From the NCBI GenBank assembly GCA_020137815.1, contig CM035362.1, forward strand, positions 3,348,001 through 3,412,000: 64,000 nt of DNA, written 5' to 3'. The position numbers and the translations under genes are program-made. This stretch comes from Hormiphora californensis (lineage: Eukaryota > Animalia > Ctenophora). Position 1 is the stretch's first letter, and each line of letters starts with the position of its first letter. Positions 53,701 to 64,000 of this stretch are shown piece after piece. The notes beneath the pieces are model-generated. The model was given only the letters and a program-made list of their open reading frames with translations, had not been told where the DNA came from and ran no database searches.

Positions 53701-54467
53701 TATGTAACTAATATTTGAAAAAAGGGGAAACACATCAATTAATTCTTAAAGTGAGAGTGGACCGGATCAGAATTGGACAAGTTTGTTGTAGGTAGTAGAG
53801 AATAGCTCTCTGAGCATTTTGCCTTTTTGCCGCTCAAAATCGACCCACCCATCACTGAGATATTTTTGTTATGTTGGGAGAATTTCTGCTGGATCAGTAT
53901 TTATCAAACAGGATAGAAACAATCCTTGTGTTTTACTAACACATTCTTTAAATGTTTAATATGCTGGCTTGCATTGCCCTGCTTCTGTGCATGGACATGC
54001 CAACCTCACTGCGTATATTCAGAATGTGTTAGTAAAACACTACGATTGTTTCTATTCTGTTTTATACATACTGATTAAACAGGAGTTCTCCCAACATAAC
54101 AAAAATATCTCAGTGATGGGTGGGTCAATTTTGAGCGGCAAAAACGCAAAATGCTCAGAAAGCTAATCTCTACTACCTACAACAAACTTATTCAATTCTG
54201 ATTCGGTCCACTCTCACTTTAAATTCACGCTACATGCAGGTTTCCGTCGAGGATTTAAAGGACATGGCTGTATCCATAGCAACGAAAAACTCTCAACAAC
54301 ATCAAGGTGCCTCGCTGCAAGTCACCGTTCTGAAGACTTTCCTAAGATTATTTGTGATTGGTATTGCCTGGATGGAGCCCTTTTTGTGGCAGGGTGCCCA
54401 GTACCGAAGACATTGGTGTGGCAATCCACTTGTTAAGGGGTTCAATGGGTGTGCTAAGTACCACTAA
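50785..54467 (+). CDS. Multipass membrane protein (~425 aa, 10 exons) with a phosphatidylserine-synthase/VanZ-like H...E-x-x-E...E...D...D motif
   Basis: Exons 50785-50935, 51102-51187, 51524-51590 (GC donor), 51768-51882, 52130-52208, 52303-52393, 52779-52885, 53108-53307, 53475-53628, 54240-54467 join in frame from ATG to stop. Several hydrophobic segments are present. The segment HVIGTFEF...VNEMIEELW...MESRYDSLIRDTICCFLGIAL resembles the PTDSS catalytic region. The gene structure is solid; the product call is tentative. Confidence 0.8.
51238..51372. repeat. Intronic near-perfect hairpin/MITE
   Basis: Arms of about 65 bp containing ATCCTTGATGTGGAGAGTATAGGGTGTAAACAGC. Confidence 0.85.
52457..52770. 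repeat. Intronic 13/15-bp tandem repeat (ACACCCTTATCT[AT]) matching the downstream exon
   Basis: The unit equals exonic CACCCTTATCTAC at ~52798-52810. Confidence 0.9.
53750..54218. mobile_element. Palindromic TTAA-target element (Kolobok-like) in the last intron of the membrane-protein gene
   Basis: TTAA-AGTGAGAGTGGACCG...CGGTCCACTCTCACT-TTAA; termini related to 30220-30891. Confidence 0.9.
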
Positions 54468-55152
54468 TTAAAGTACATTAGTACAGTCATACCCCGATTT
54501 ACCGGGATGATTTTGCCCGGTAAATCGGGGTCGGATCACTGTACCATCACTATTATAAGAAGGAGTTGAACGACGTAAAACTAAAAGTCAAAGCCGTTCG
54601 TTCGTTCTTCTTCTTAGAGGACGCTCGCTAGTGCGGAGCACTAGCTGCAGTAAGGGGTGGGTGCAATGAAGCTCCCTTTCCCGGCCCCGTCCTGGGTGAT
54701 GAGACCGCCCTTTTAGGAGGTGGATTCAGCCTTCAGGGGGTTGAAGTGACTCCATCGCCATCTTATAAAAAGACTAGCGAAACCACCGGGTGCGCCTCAA
54801 GCAGTCTATTGACAACCCACCCAGCTGGCCCTCGTGGGGTGCTCTTTATTCACATATATGGTTGCCATGGTAACTGAAACGGTAAATCTAACAGTTACTT
54901 GAGGCGCCCGCCGCACCCGGTGGATGCGCTAGCTAACTAAAGGACTAGTTTAGATTTGAAGGAAGGGTTTATGTTTATGTTTTATAATCATGGTGCAGGG
55001 TGTGTAATATGAATGTAGATTATAATTACTGATTTGTTAAGTATTCGAGTATTTTCCTGATCCCGTTATTATAGTTCCGTACTTCCAAATATTTGGCGGT
55101 GCCAGACCCCAATTTGATTCTCAACAACGACCTGTCTGGCGCCGCGACCTCA

Positions 55153-55595
55153 GGGCGCGATCACACCAAGATCTTCGAAACAATTGCTTCGAAGAACCAA
55201 GTTGAATCACACACAGATCTTTCCTTTAGTTGGTGCAAGTACGATCCTTATATGGAGCGAGCTCGCTCTCTCCAATGTTATCCCCTCTTTCGAGCTCTCT
55301 CTCCCACTCGCTTTTTCTCCCCATATAAGGGATAATTGCGCGGGAGAGAATGAGTGCGAGAGAGAGCTCGAAAGAGGGGATAACATTGGAGAGAGCGAGA
55401 TCGCTCCATATAAGGGATAATTGCGCGCGAGAGAGAGTGAGTGGGAGAGAGAGCTCAAAAGAGGGGACAACATTGGAGAGAGCGAGCTCGCTCCATATAA
55501 GGATCGTACTTGCACCAACTAAAGGAAAGATCTGTGTGTGATTCAACTTGGTTCTTCAAAGCAATTGTTTCGAAGATCCTGGTGTGATCGCGCCC
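55153..55595. mobile_element. Palindromic PIF/Harbinger-like MITE with TCA TSD, nested in family E sequence
   Basis: TCA-GGGCGCGATCACACCA...TGGTGTGATCGCGCCC-TCA. Confidence 0.9.
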
Positions 55596-56179
55596 TCATG
55601 GGGTATCATGGGGTTGAGAATCAAATGGGGTATAGCGCCGCCATACAGACAACGACAGATGGGGTTCGCGGCGCCAGATAGACTTCAACCCATTTACTGT
55701 CGTTGAGAGGCAGCAATCCATTGAGATTCATAGTTTCTCCTCCAAGGATACCCATGTCCCACATTATCAGGCCAATTAAATGCTCTGGCCACATTTCTCG
55801 CGTGCTCCGCCAATGCTCACCCACCCACACCCACATGCAGCTGTCAGGCCTTACTTGACTAATATGGCGAGTAGTATTCTCGAACACAGTAGGTTCTTAT
55901 GAAAACGCAAAAAGTTGAATTTGTTTATTGTAATGATATTTAAACTTTAAGTCGCGGAAAGAAAATAACATACTTCACTTCATACCAAACATTTTGTTGT
56001 CCGACACTCATTTAATTTGCATTGCCAAACAAAACAACAACAAAAAACAAAAAGGTTCGTTCGAAAACAAAACTCCTTTATAAGGAAAATGTAGTCCAAC
56101 TGACCGACTTAACGCCAAACGCAACAACAAAAAACGAAATGGTCCGTTCAACAACAAAACTCATCGATGGGGAAAATGT

Positions 56180-56587
56180 TCAATCTCGTCTTATCTCCCT
56201 CATTTCGATTTCAACAGGAACCACTTCACCAGGACGAACTACACTTTTCTTTAACAACCCCACAATAATCACAATATCATCGTAAAGAATCAGAATGGGG
56301 TTGATGATGGAGTTGCAGGGCAGGAAGAAGATGGAGAAGTATCGGTACATGTGAGAGAAGTCGAAGTACTCAGTGTAGTGCATTGCACAAACGATCATAA
56401 ATGGAACCCAGGTGAAAATATCTGTGGTTACAAGAACTGATATTTTTCTCTTATATCCTATCATTTGCATCGTGCATTGTGTTTTCACCTCCAAGCCGCT
56501 CTGATTTAGTAATAGAATGAGGCAAGTATTCAAAATAGACAAATTAGAGGCAAAAGGGCTTGTTTCCGCATATTTTGTAAACCCCAA
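56180..56587 (-). pseudogene. Rhodopsin-class GPCR fragment (GRL101/LGR/relaxin-receptor-like TM6-TM7 and C-tail); pseudogene or error-disrupted gene
   Basis: KRKISVLVTTDIFTWVPFMIVC...FSIFFLPCNSIINPIL matches the LGR-type TDxxxWxP and LPxNSxxNP motifs. Upstream TM segments are not recoverable in frame and the adjacent sequence is poor quality. Confidence 0.75.
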
Positions 56588-57189
56588 AAATCAAGACTTA
56601 GGACGAGATTAGCACCACAAACAAATGACCTCTCTGGAGTAAATTATCTCATTAGATTATAGCACGGTTCATAATCTGAACGCGGGGTTGTTTGTGTAGG
56701 ATATTGAATATGGTGCGTGTGACTAGGGCGGACTAAGAGTTTCAGTGGGTGGGAACACAGATCGGTGGCTCGTGAACCTCAAGTCCAGTGCACGGCTATT
56801 TTTCCCCTGAGACCTGGTGAATCCCAGTTTCAGTTGACGGGCTATTTTTCCCACTGAACCTGAAGATCTCAGTTTAAGACGTGACCGGCTATTAAATTTC
56901 CCCCTAAAAATTTACCATACCCTGCCCCGCCGACCCGATCTAACCGTGATTCTTCATGTCATTACAAATCACATCATGGCATCTATAGAAGATCTCCTGA
57001 CTCAGACAGCACGTCTACCGGATCCATATCAAGTGAACCGTCACTGTCAGAAATCTGGAAATACACGTTCATTTAGATAATTTACATATACAAATACTGT
57101 GGAAAAGAGGGTCGAGCCAGGCATTTATTTTAATCAACTGAAACTTTATTACACTTTGAATGAATCCCTACTCCCTATAAACATTTTGG

Positions 57190-59891
57190 TTTCCCGGAAA
57201 CTCCACGGAATTTTTTCTTTTTCCTTCTTCTTCCGCCTTCCCGTCCTTAAGAAAGTCAGCCTGGCCACTCGTGCCTTCTGTCAATGGATTACCTGGAGAT
57301 AAGCAAAATAGTTAGATAGCTCTTGAACCAAGGTTATTTTATGCCTGGAATCCGAATTTAGCTTTTTTGGATGAACCCTTTGTGAGAAAAGAAGAGAGTC
57401 AATAAAAGATATCATAGATTAGTGTAAAATTAATGGTATAAAACCTTAATTTTTAATAAATCACAATACCGTCAACAACCAACTCATTTCTTCTGGCCTT
57501 GCCACGAATCCCAATTATTTTGTTTTTTTTTTGATTTTTGCCAGCCAAGCATCACACCCTCTCATATATAACTCATTGGAAACCTGTGTGTTATAAAAAA
57601 AGAGATTAAATTAGTTGAATAAATATTGGATTCTTGTGTAGTGAATGGGCCCTGGAAGCTTGCCAGCTCTATGATAATTAGGAACACCCAAAGGGAGTGA
57701 CTGCAGTAGAATAGGGTCAAATTTCTATCAAAAAATATTGGTGAAATTTACCATTAATTTGGTAGACAGTATTCCCGACATCCAGGATAAACACATCATC
57801 TTCGGTGTAATTACATTTCTTCAAAGCAACCTCCGTCATTGTAACCGTCTTTCTCTCGACTGTAGGATGGTATGAATGCTGTAAATCATGAGAAAAGATC
57901 ACACATTTTGTGGATGTCTTAAAGCTCGAGCAATTTTAATGAGTAATTAAGTTTACGAAGCAAGTTTACATGCAATTCAGTGTGTACTTATCACTGCGCT
58001 TCACGTGTGTTTGTACAAAACCAAGAAATCCCAAGAAAGAGAGCTCAGCAGAATATAATTTCAGCTGAACAGAATTCAGTAACTCTGTAGTAGCTGTGTG
58101 TTCATTGTTTCATGAGATATCATGTGCTGTAAGAAAGCTGTTAATGAAAACTTGTGGGCTGGGGTTGCGTGCTACTCACAATACTCACCACGACGAACTT
58201 GGAACAACCTTGGAGTATACGCCTCTGGGAGAACCTGCGGAATTTGTTGAGTTAGGAATAGGATGTAATGTTACAGTTGGACCTCGATTTACCCGGCACC
58301 CCGATTTACCGGAGATCTTTCCGCCGAAGTTCCCGGTAAATCAGGGTCCGACTGTAAACGAAGATCCCAGTCGTCGCAAAAAGGTACTATAATAATTGTC
58401 AAGCAGTATATACATAGTTTACTAAAAGCCACTCAAATGTTGAAAAAGGGCCACTCACCCGTCTAAAACCAGTATCACATCCGCCCTTCATGACAGTCAT
58501 CTCTGGGAAATAACTCTTGAACCGGTTAGACTCGTGACTGGCAACCTAGTGGGGTGGAGTTTGCTGTTAAAAAGGGTGTAGTGTGTTATCTTGACTGGAA
58601 GATGGGTTGCTTTATACCTTTCTTTTCTAACAACACATATTATAAATTTACCAAGAACCGACCGAATCCTGTCTGGCGCCGCGACCCATCTGAGCACACT
58701 GTCAAATTGGGGTCTGGCGCCGCCAGACAGACCGAATCAGGAAATACTGGTCCCTGATTAGCTGATAACCAGTCACGTGACCTAAATAACGAGTTCTGAT
58801 TGGTTGTTTACTTGGTTCGGTCGGTTCCTGGAATTTACCTCTCGATGCTGCACAGGCTTATCATCCAATAGGGTGTCCAACTCCACTGTTTTATAAGCAG
58901 CAGTCCCATATTCGTCCTGAGTGGAGTACTTTCCAATCCAGAAATGAAGATCATACTCCAGGTCATCCTCGTCTGGGTTCCTGTGTGGAAAAGGAATTCA
59001 GTCGTATCATATTGCCTACAAATAACGCGACCTAAAATTAACGGCAAGGGGTTAATTTTAGGTACATTAATTTTTGGTCGCGTTAGTAAGTATAAAGCTG
59101 TATAAAGAGTGTGTCAAAGTCATTTACGGAAATAAAGAATATGTCTCAACTTACTTATAGGTGTTTAAAATGATGTAGGAATCACCATTAAAGAATTCAC
59201 CGTAATCCTCCTTGGGCCAACTCTCCACCTACGAAAACATTTGATTAATTAGCTAATTAAATTAGTTGATAAAATTAAATATGTAGTTTTATTTATTTTC
59301 AACTACAATTCATCTACGACAAAAGAACAAATAACTAAATTAATTTGTACCTTAAATTTGTCAAATAACTAATTCGATGAATTATTTAATACCTTAAATT
59401 TGTTAATTCTCCAGATCTGTAGCCCAACTTCCTGTCCGGCTCCCTCCCATGCAGGCTCACTCTCAGCAGACTCTTTCTTCACCTAGAAAAACACACAGGT
59501 TACCTTTTTTATGTTCTAACCCTCCTTTACGGAGTCGAGCAAGGAAAATTTTACCGTGTTGTCAATTAGATGTGTAAGACGAGATTTTCTGTGAGGTAAA
59601 TGTTCGTAATATATCCCCGGTCCCATGCGGGGGAGGGGGGGGGGAATTAGGGATGAAACTCAGGTTTCAGATTCCCCCGATCAAAAAAATATAGGAGGAA
59701 AGCAGGAACCGACCGAATCAGGAAATACTGGTCCCTGATTGGCTGATAACCAGTCACGTGACCTAAATAACGAGTTCTGATTGATTGTTTACTTGTTTCG
59801 GTCGGTTCCTGGAGGAAAGTTTACCTGTTTTTCGGTGTCAAAAAGGGGCCCATTTTTAAATCCTTTCCATCATATTTTTAGTTTTCCTCAT
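57190..59891 (-). CDS. Gelsolin/severin-like actin-severing protein
   Basis: In-phase exons 59393-59482 ([30 protein letters not shown]), 59155-59228 ([24 protein letters not shown]), 58839-58980 ([38 protein letters not shown]), 58459-58545, 58189-58234 ([10 protein letters not shown]), 57752-57859 (DDVFILDVG). The first exon (~59825-59891) and 3' exons (<57600) are corrupted by sequence errors. Confidence 0.93.
58274..58354. mobile_element. MITE family B minimal copy in a gelsolin intron
   Basis: TA-CAGTTGGACCTCGATTTACC...GGTAAATCAGGGTCCGACTG-TA. Confidence 0.8.
58652..58830. mobile_element. MITE family D copy with a nested family E element (58669-58730)
   Basis: Outer TSD AAATTTAC/GAATTTAC. 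The inner 62-bp element CTGTCTGGCG...CGCCAGACAG has TSD ACCGAATC. Confidence 0.9.
59703..59811. mobile_element. hAT-like MITE family D copy
   Basis: TSD GAGGAAAG on both sides. Confidence 0.9.
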
Positions 59892-61521
59892 TGTTTTAAA
59901 AAAGGGGGATAGAAAAGGGATGTGGAGGTAGTTGATTTTGGCTCCGAATTTTTGGTAATGTTGAGTAAATTTAAAAAAGTCGGGGTATTAAACTTTTGGC
60001 CTGTTTGGAACATGTTTGGAATTGAAACATGTTTGGAACATGTTTCGAAGCCATTAAGGTATGAAGATGAAAAACATCTATAATTTGTTGAGAACAAAAG
60101 CTTGTTTACAATGGACTTTACACGCGCAACCCTGCACGTTTTCGTACGCGGCCCCCACTACCCGAACCGGGCTTCGGCCCGGGCGAAGGGGGGACGGTTT
60201 ATATAGAAAACAACAAGCTATAATAATAGATAAAAGGCCACGGCGTTGTTAGTGCAAAACATATTACAAAACTGTTGGATAAATTATGCGATCTGAATGT
60301 CACAGAGGAGGGCCGCCGTCGGCCCAGTCCTTCGCATCAAAATGTCCCAAACAGAAAATATGTAAAAATTGAAAATATACTACAAGCTATAGAGACTGTG
60401 ATGATTCGTCATTGGACATTGGTTGAGCGTCAAAAACCACTGTAGCATAGAGGGGGCCCCCACCATATAGGGGAAACTAAAAAGGGAAAAAAGGAAGTTT
60501 GATAAGCTGTTTTTTATCCGGTTTTGTTGTATCAGTTTAATGGGGGCATTTTTATATAAAACTTACCATCCCTTATCTTTCAGACATCTCTTAGTAGCTT
60601 GGGATTCCTAAGTTTCTATTGTAAAAGATATAAGAGTTGGTGCTGTAGAGATACAGACAAAAAGAAATTCCATAGTCACTGCCAATCAGAAACGACGGTT
60701 TTGAGGAGGGTTTATTGGGGTTTTTGATAAGGAAGTAAAAAAAAAATTTTAAATTTAAAATTTGAGATTTTTATATGGGGGAAACGGTTTAAAAAGGGGT
60801 TTTTAACTGGGAAAAATTTTTTAAAAAAAAGAATAAAAAAAAATAATTTTTGTTTAGGATTGTTTGGGGGAATTAACCAAAAAAACAAAAAATTAAAAAT
60901 TAAAATATATAAATTTCAAATTTTAAAAACTTGGGGGGTTTTAAGGAATGTATTTGGGAAAAAATTAAAAAATAAAGTATAAAAAAAATTCTTAAAAAAA
61001 GAATGGGGGAAAAAAAAGGGAAAAAGGAGGGTTGGTTAGTTTACCAAGGTTAGGCGGGTGAGGGGGTTAAATTTAAAAAAGAAAAAAGAAAAGGAGATGG
61101 AAGAGAGGGGGAAGGGGTGGTGAAAATTTAAAAAAAAGAAGGGAAAAAGAAAGCCCCTTTGTTTGTTGGGGTTTAAAATAGGGTTTTAAAAAAAGAAAAA
61201 AAATAGGGTTTCTAAAGTAAAGTCCATTTAAAATTTGGTTTAAAAAAAAAAAAAGACTTTTCTGAAAATGGTATTTGGGGAAGGGAAAAGGCAAGGAAAA
61301 AAAAAAGAAAGATAGGAAAAAAAATTTTCCTTTTTACAAAAAAAAAAAACAAAAGGGGGGGGGAAAAAAGGGGGCCTTTTAAACCCCCCCCCAAAAAAAA
61401 AGGGGGGGGGGGGGGGGGGAAAAAAAAAAAAAAAAAAAAGGGGGGGGGGGGGGGGGGGGGGGAAAAAAAAAAAAAAAAAAAAAACCCCCCCCCCCCCCCC
61501 CCCCCCCCCTTTTTTTTTTTT

Positions 61522-61555
<34 letters not shown>

Positions 61556-62100
61556 GGGGGGGGGGTTTTTTTTTTTTTTTTTACCAAGGAAGGGGAAAGT
61601 GGTGAATTGAAAAATAGATAGTGGAACATGAGAAGAGCTCAAGAACGTAGGTGTTGTGTGTGTGTAAGAATATTGAGTGTTGAGAGGAAAGAGAAAGAAT
61701 ACACTGCCTTTCGTTATAGTAAAGCTCTCTATTACTCAGTATTTGTTTTAAAACACAAACAAGACTATGGTCTACGAAAATAGGATATTCTTTAAAGTTA
61801 AACGGCATGCAAAATGGGAAAGATCAGAGTACACAAAAATTGCTCGAAGTGACCTGTTACTAAGTGGGACACCCGAGGAAGGAAGAGAGAGAATGAGAGA
61901 AAGAGACATGTCGAGAAGGATTAAAGGAGAAAGAGAGAGCGAAGACCGAGCAGAGCAGTGAAGGAAAGGGTGGAGAAAGAAGAGGATGAGAGTAGAGATA
62001 GGAGAAAGAGCAGGCGAGAGGAATCCGCATAGAGAGAGAGGAGAGAGAGGAGAAAGAGAGAGAGAGAGAGAGCAGAGAGAGGCAGGAGAGAGAGAGAGCG

Positions 62101-62138
<38 letters not shown>

Positions 62139-62441
62139 GGCGGAGAGAGAGAGAGGCGAGAGAGAGCGGAGAGATGAGCGAGGGAACGAGAAGACTGCTA
62201 GCCGCTAGAGGAGGAGAGTCGCCGAGACGAGACTCGCGCCACCTTCTCGAGAGCCTGAGCGACGCTAGGGAATGATAGCGCCTTCGCTGGTATCCCTGAG
62301 CGCGTCATGGCAGTAGCAAGAGGCAGCATATCGAGACGAGAGGTAACGGGGGGTAGCCAATGACGCATTGAAAGTAGTGATATGAGCAACCAGATCGCTC
62401 TCTCTACCGTTTATCTCCTAACATCCTTCTCCTCTATCTCA

Positions 62442-62479
<38 letters not shown>

Positions 62480-62582
62480 TCTGCATATCATTATCTCTCA
62501 TCTCACTATCGCATGTTATGTTAACTGGGGTAGCTCATATGACATATTGGAAAGAGTATATGAGCACCAGATGCTACACGCA

Positions 62583-62616
<34 letters not shown>

Positions 62617-62951
62617 GCGATGTAATGGTAAACAAAGGGACGACTACAGCTATTATAATGCCCTTGTGCTAGCGTGCTCCACTGCTGCAGCTGCCCCGTG
62701 AGCTACACTAGACTAGTACTACAGCTGCCCCATGAGTTCTGAAGCTCGCATGAGGTGATAAAAGTAGAACACTGTTCCAAAAAGTAATTGTATTCACAGG
62801 AGGATTTCGGATGTTGTTGTGTAGCTGTGTAACTGTAAATAAAAGGGCTCATCTACAGTGTCAAAATGGGGTTTCCCTTAGCTGCGCCATTAAATTTTTG
62901 TTGGCCGCCAACTTTAGGATTTTCTTTACACCTTCCCAATTCCCAAAGGTC

Positions 62952-63042
62952 CTGTCTGGCGCCGCAGACCCCGTCTGACCGCACTGCTGAGCGCTTAATT
63001 TGAGAATCAAATCGGGGTCTGGCTCGGGGTCTCGTCAGACAG
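62952..63042. mobile_element. MITE family E (CTGTCTG termini, 8-bp TSD)
   Basis: TSD CAAAGGTC on both sides; related pieces at 55095-55150 and 55610-55681. Confidence 0.85.
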
Positions 63043-64000
63043 CAAAGGTCGAAGAAATGGCCATGGGGGTTTGAAAGTGTTATAGCAGGCATCACAAAGA
63101 TTCACGATTTTTTTCTGCGATTCTCTCTACAATTACATGTGGCAACAATTGTGCATCGCGTGCCATCACGCGAAAAGAAATCTTTCATTATATTGAACAA
63201 TGTCTTGCCGCATACACACATGATACCCGGAGTAAGAAACAAAAGGCTAAATCTAAAAGGTAAAATGATTCGACTGGAATAAATTTTACACTTTTTCTTT
63301 ATATTTGATGAATGAGTTCGAATGAGATACTTTATGGTGGGGGCCCCCCCGGGGCCCCCTTCCCCCCCCCCTTTTCCCCCCCCCTCCCCCCAAAAAAACC
63401 CCCCCGGGGGGTTTGGGGGGGGGGGAAAGGGGAAAAGGAAAAAAGGGGGGGGAAAAAAAGAGGGCCCCCGGGGGGACCAAAACCCCCCAAAAAAAAAACC
63501 CCCCAAAAAAAAAAAAAACCCCCCAAAGAAAAAACCCCGGAAAAACCCCCCCCAAAACCCCCCCCCAAAAAAACCCCCCAAAAAAAGCCCTTTTTTGGGG
63601 GGGGGAAAAAAAAAAAGAAAAAAAAGGGGGGAAAAATTTTTTTTTGTTTTTTGAAAAAAAAAACCCCCAAAAACCAAAAAAGGGGGGCCGGGGAAAATTT
63701 TTTTTTGGGTTTTTTTTTTAAAAACACCTTCCCCAAAAAAAATTTTTGGGGGGGAGGGGAAAGGGGGGTTTTTTTTTTTTGGAAAAATTTTTTTCCCCCC
63801 CGGGGGGGGGGAAAAACCCGGGGGTTTTTTGGGTTTTTTAAAAATTCCCCCTTTTTAAAAAACCCCCCCTCCCTTTTTTTCCCCCCCCCCTTTTTTTTTT
63901 TTAAAAAAAGGGGCCCCAAACCCGGGCCCCCCCCAAAAAAAAAAAAAAAAAAAGAAAAAAATTTTTTTTTAAAATTTTAAAATTTAAAAAAATTTTTTTG

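Noticed and set aside
60700-64000. Long ORFs up to 222 aa
   Set aside because: Homopolymer artefacts and GA microsatellite translations.

Overview
Eukaryotic (animal) genomic DNA with small spliceosomal exons, a heavy load of MITEs and foldback elements, and several low-quality stretches with homopolymer inflation. A ctenophore source is plausible but inferred. Exons were assembled by hand using GT/AG junctions and reading-frame phase. Genes found: (1) a minus-strand Ig-domain gene (~190-3271). (2) A plus-strand EFF-1/AFF-1 (FF/fusexin) cell-cell fusogen homologue. Its ectodomain exons lie at 9097-23096. A phase-consistent exon chain at 28767-34667 is probably its Cys-rich/polybasic juxtamembrane segment plus a very long, alternatively ended cytoplasmic tail with a tandemly amplified PPxY exon; the TM exon was not found. 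(3) A complete 10-exon, ~425-aa multipass membrane protein with a phosphatidylserine-synthase-like motif (50785-54467). (4) A GRL101/LGR-like GPCR fragment. (5) A gelsolin/severin-like gene (minus, ~57190-59891). Mobile DNA includes a decayed CR1/L2-type LINE, a tRNA-derived SINE, a Penelope-like ORF fragment, and many nested non-autonomous DNA elements with TA, TTAA, 3-bp and 8-bp TSDs. One 1.5-kb palindrome carries two convergent 5S-derived promoter fragments. A recurring oddity is tandem duplication of sequence spanning splice junctions.
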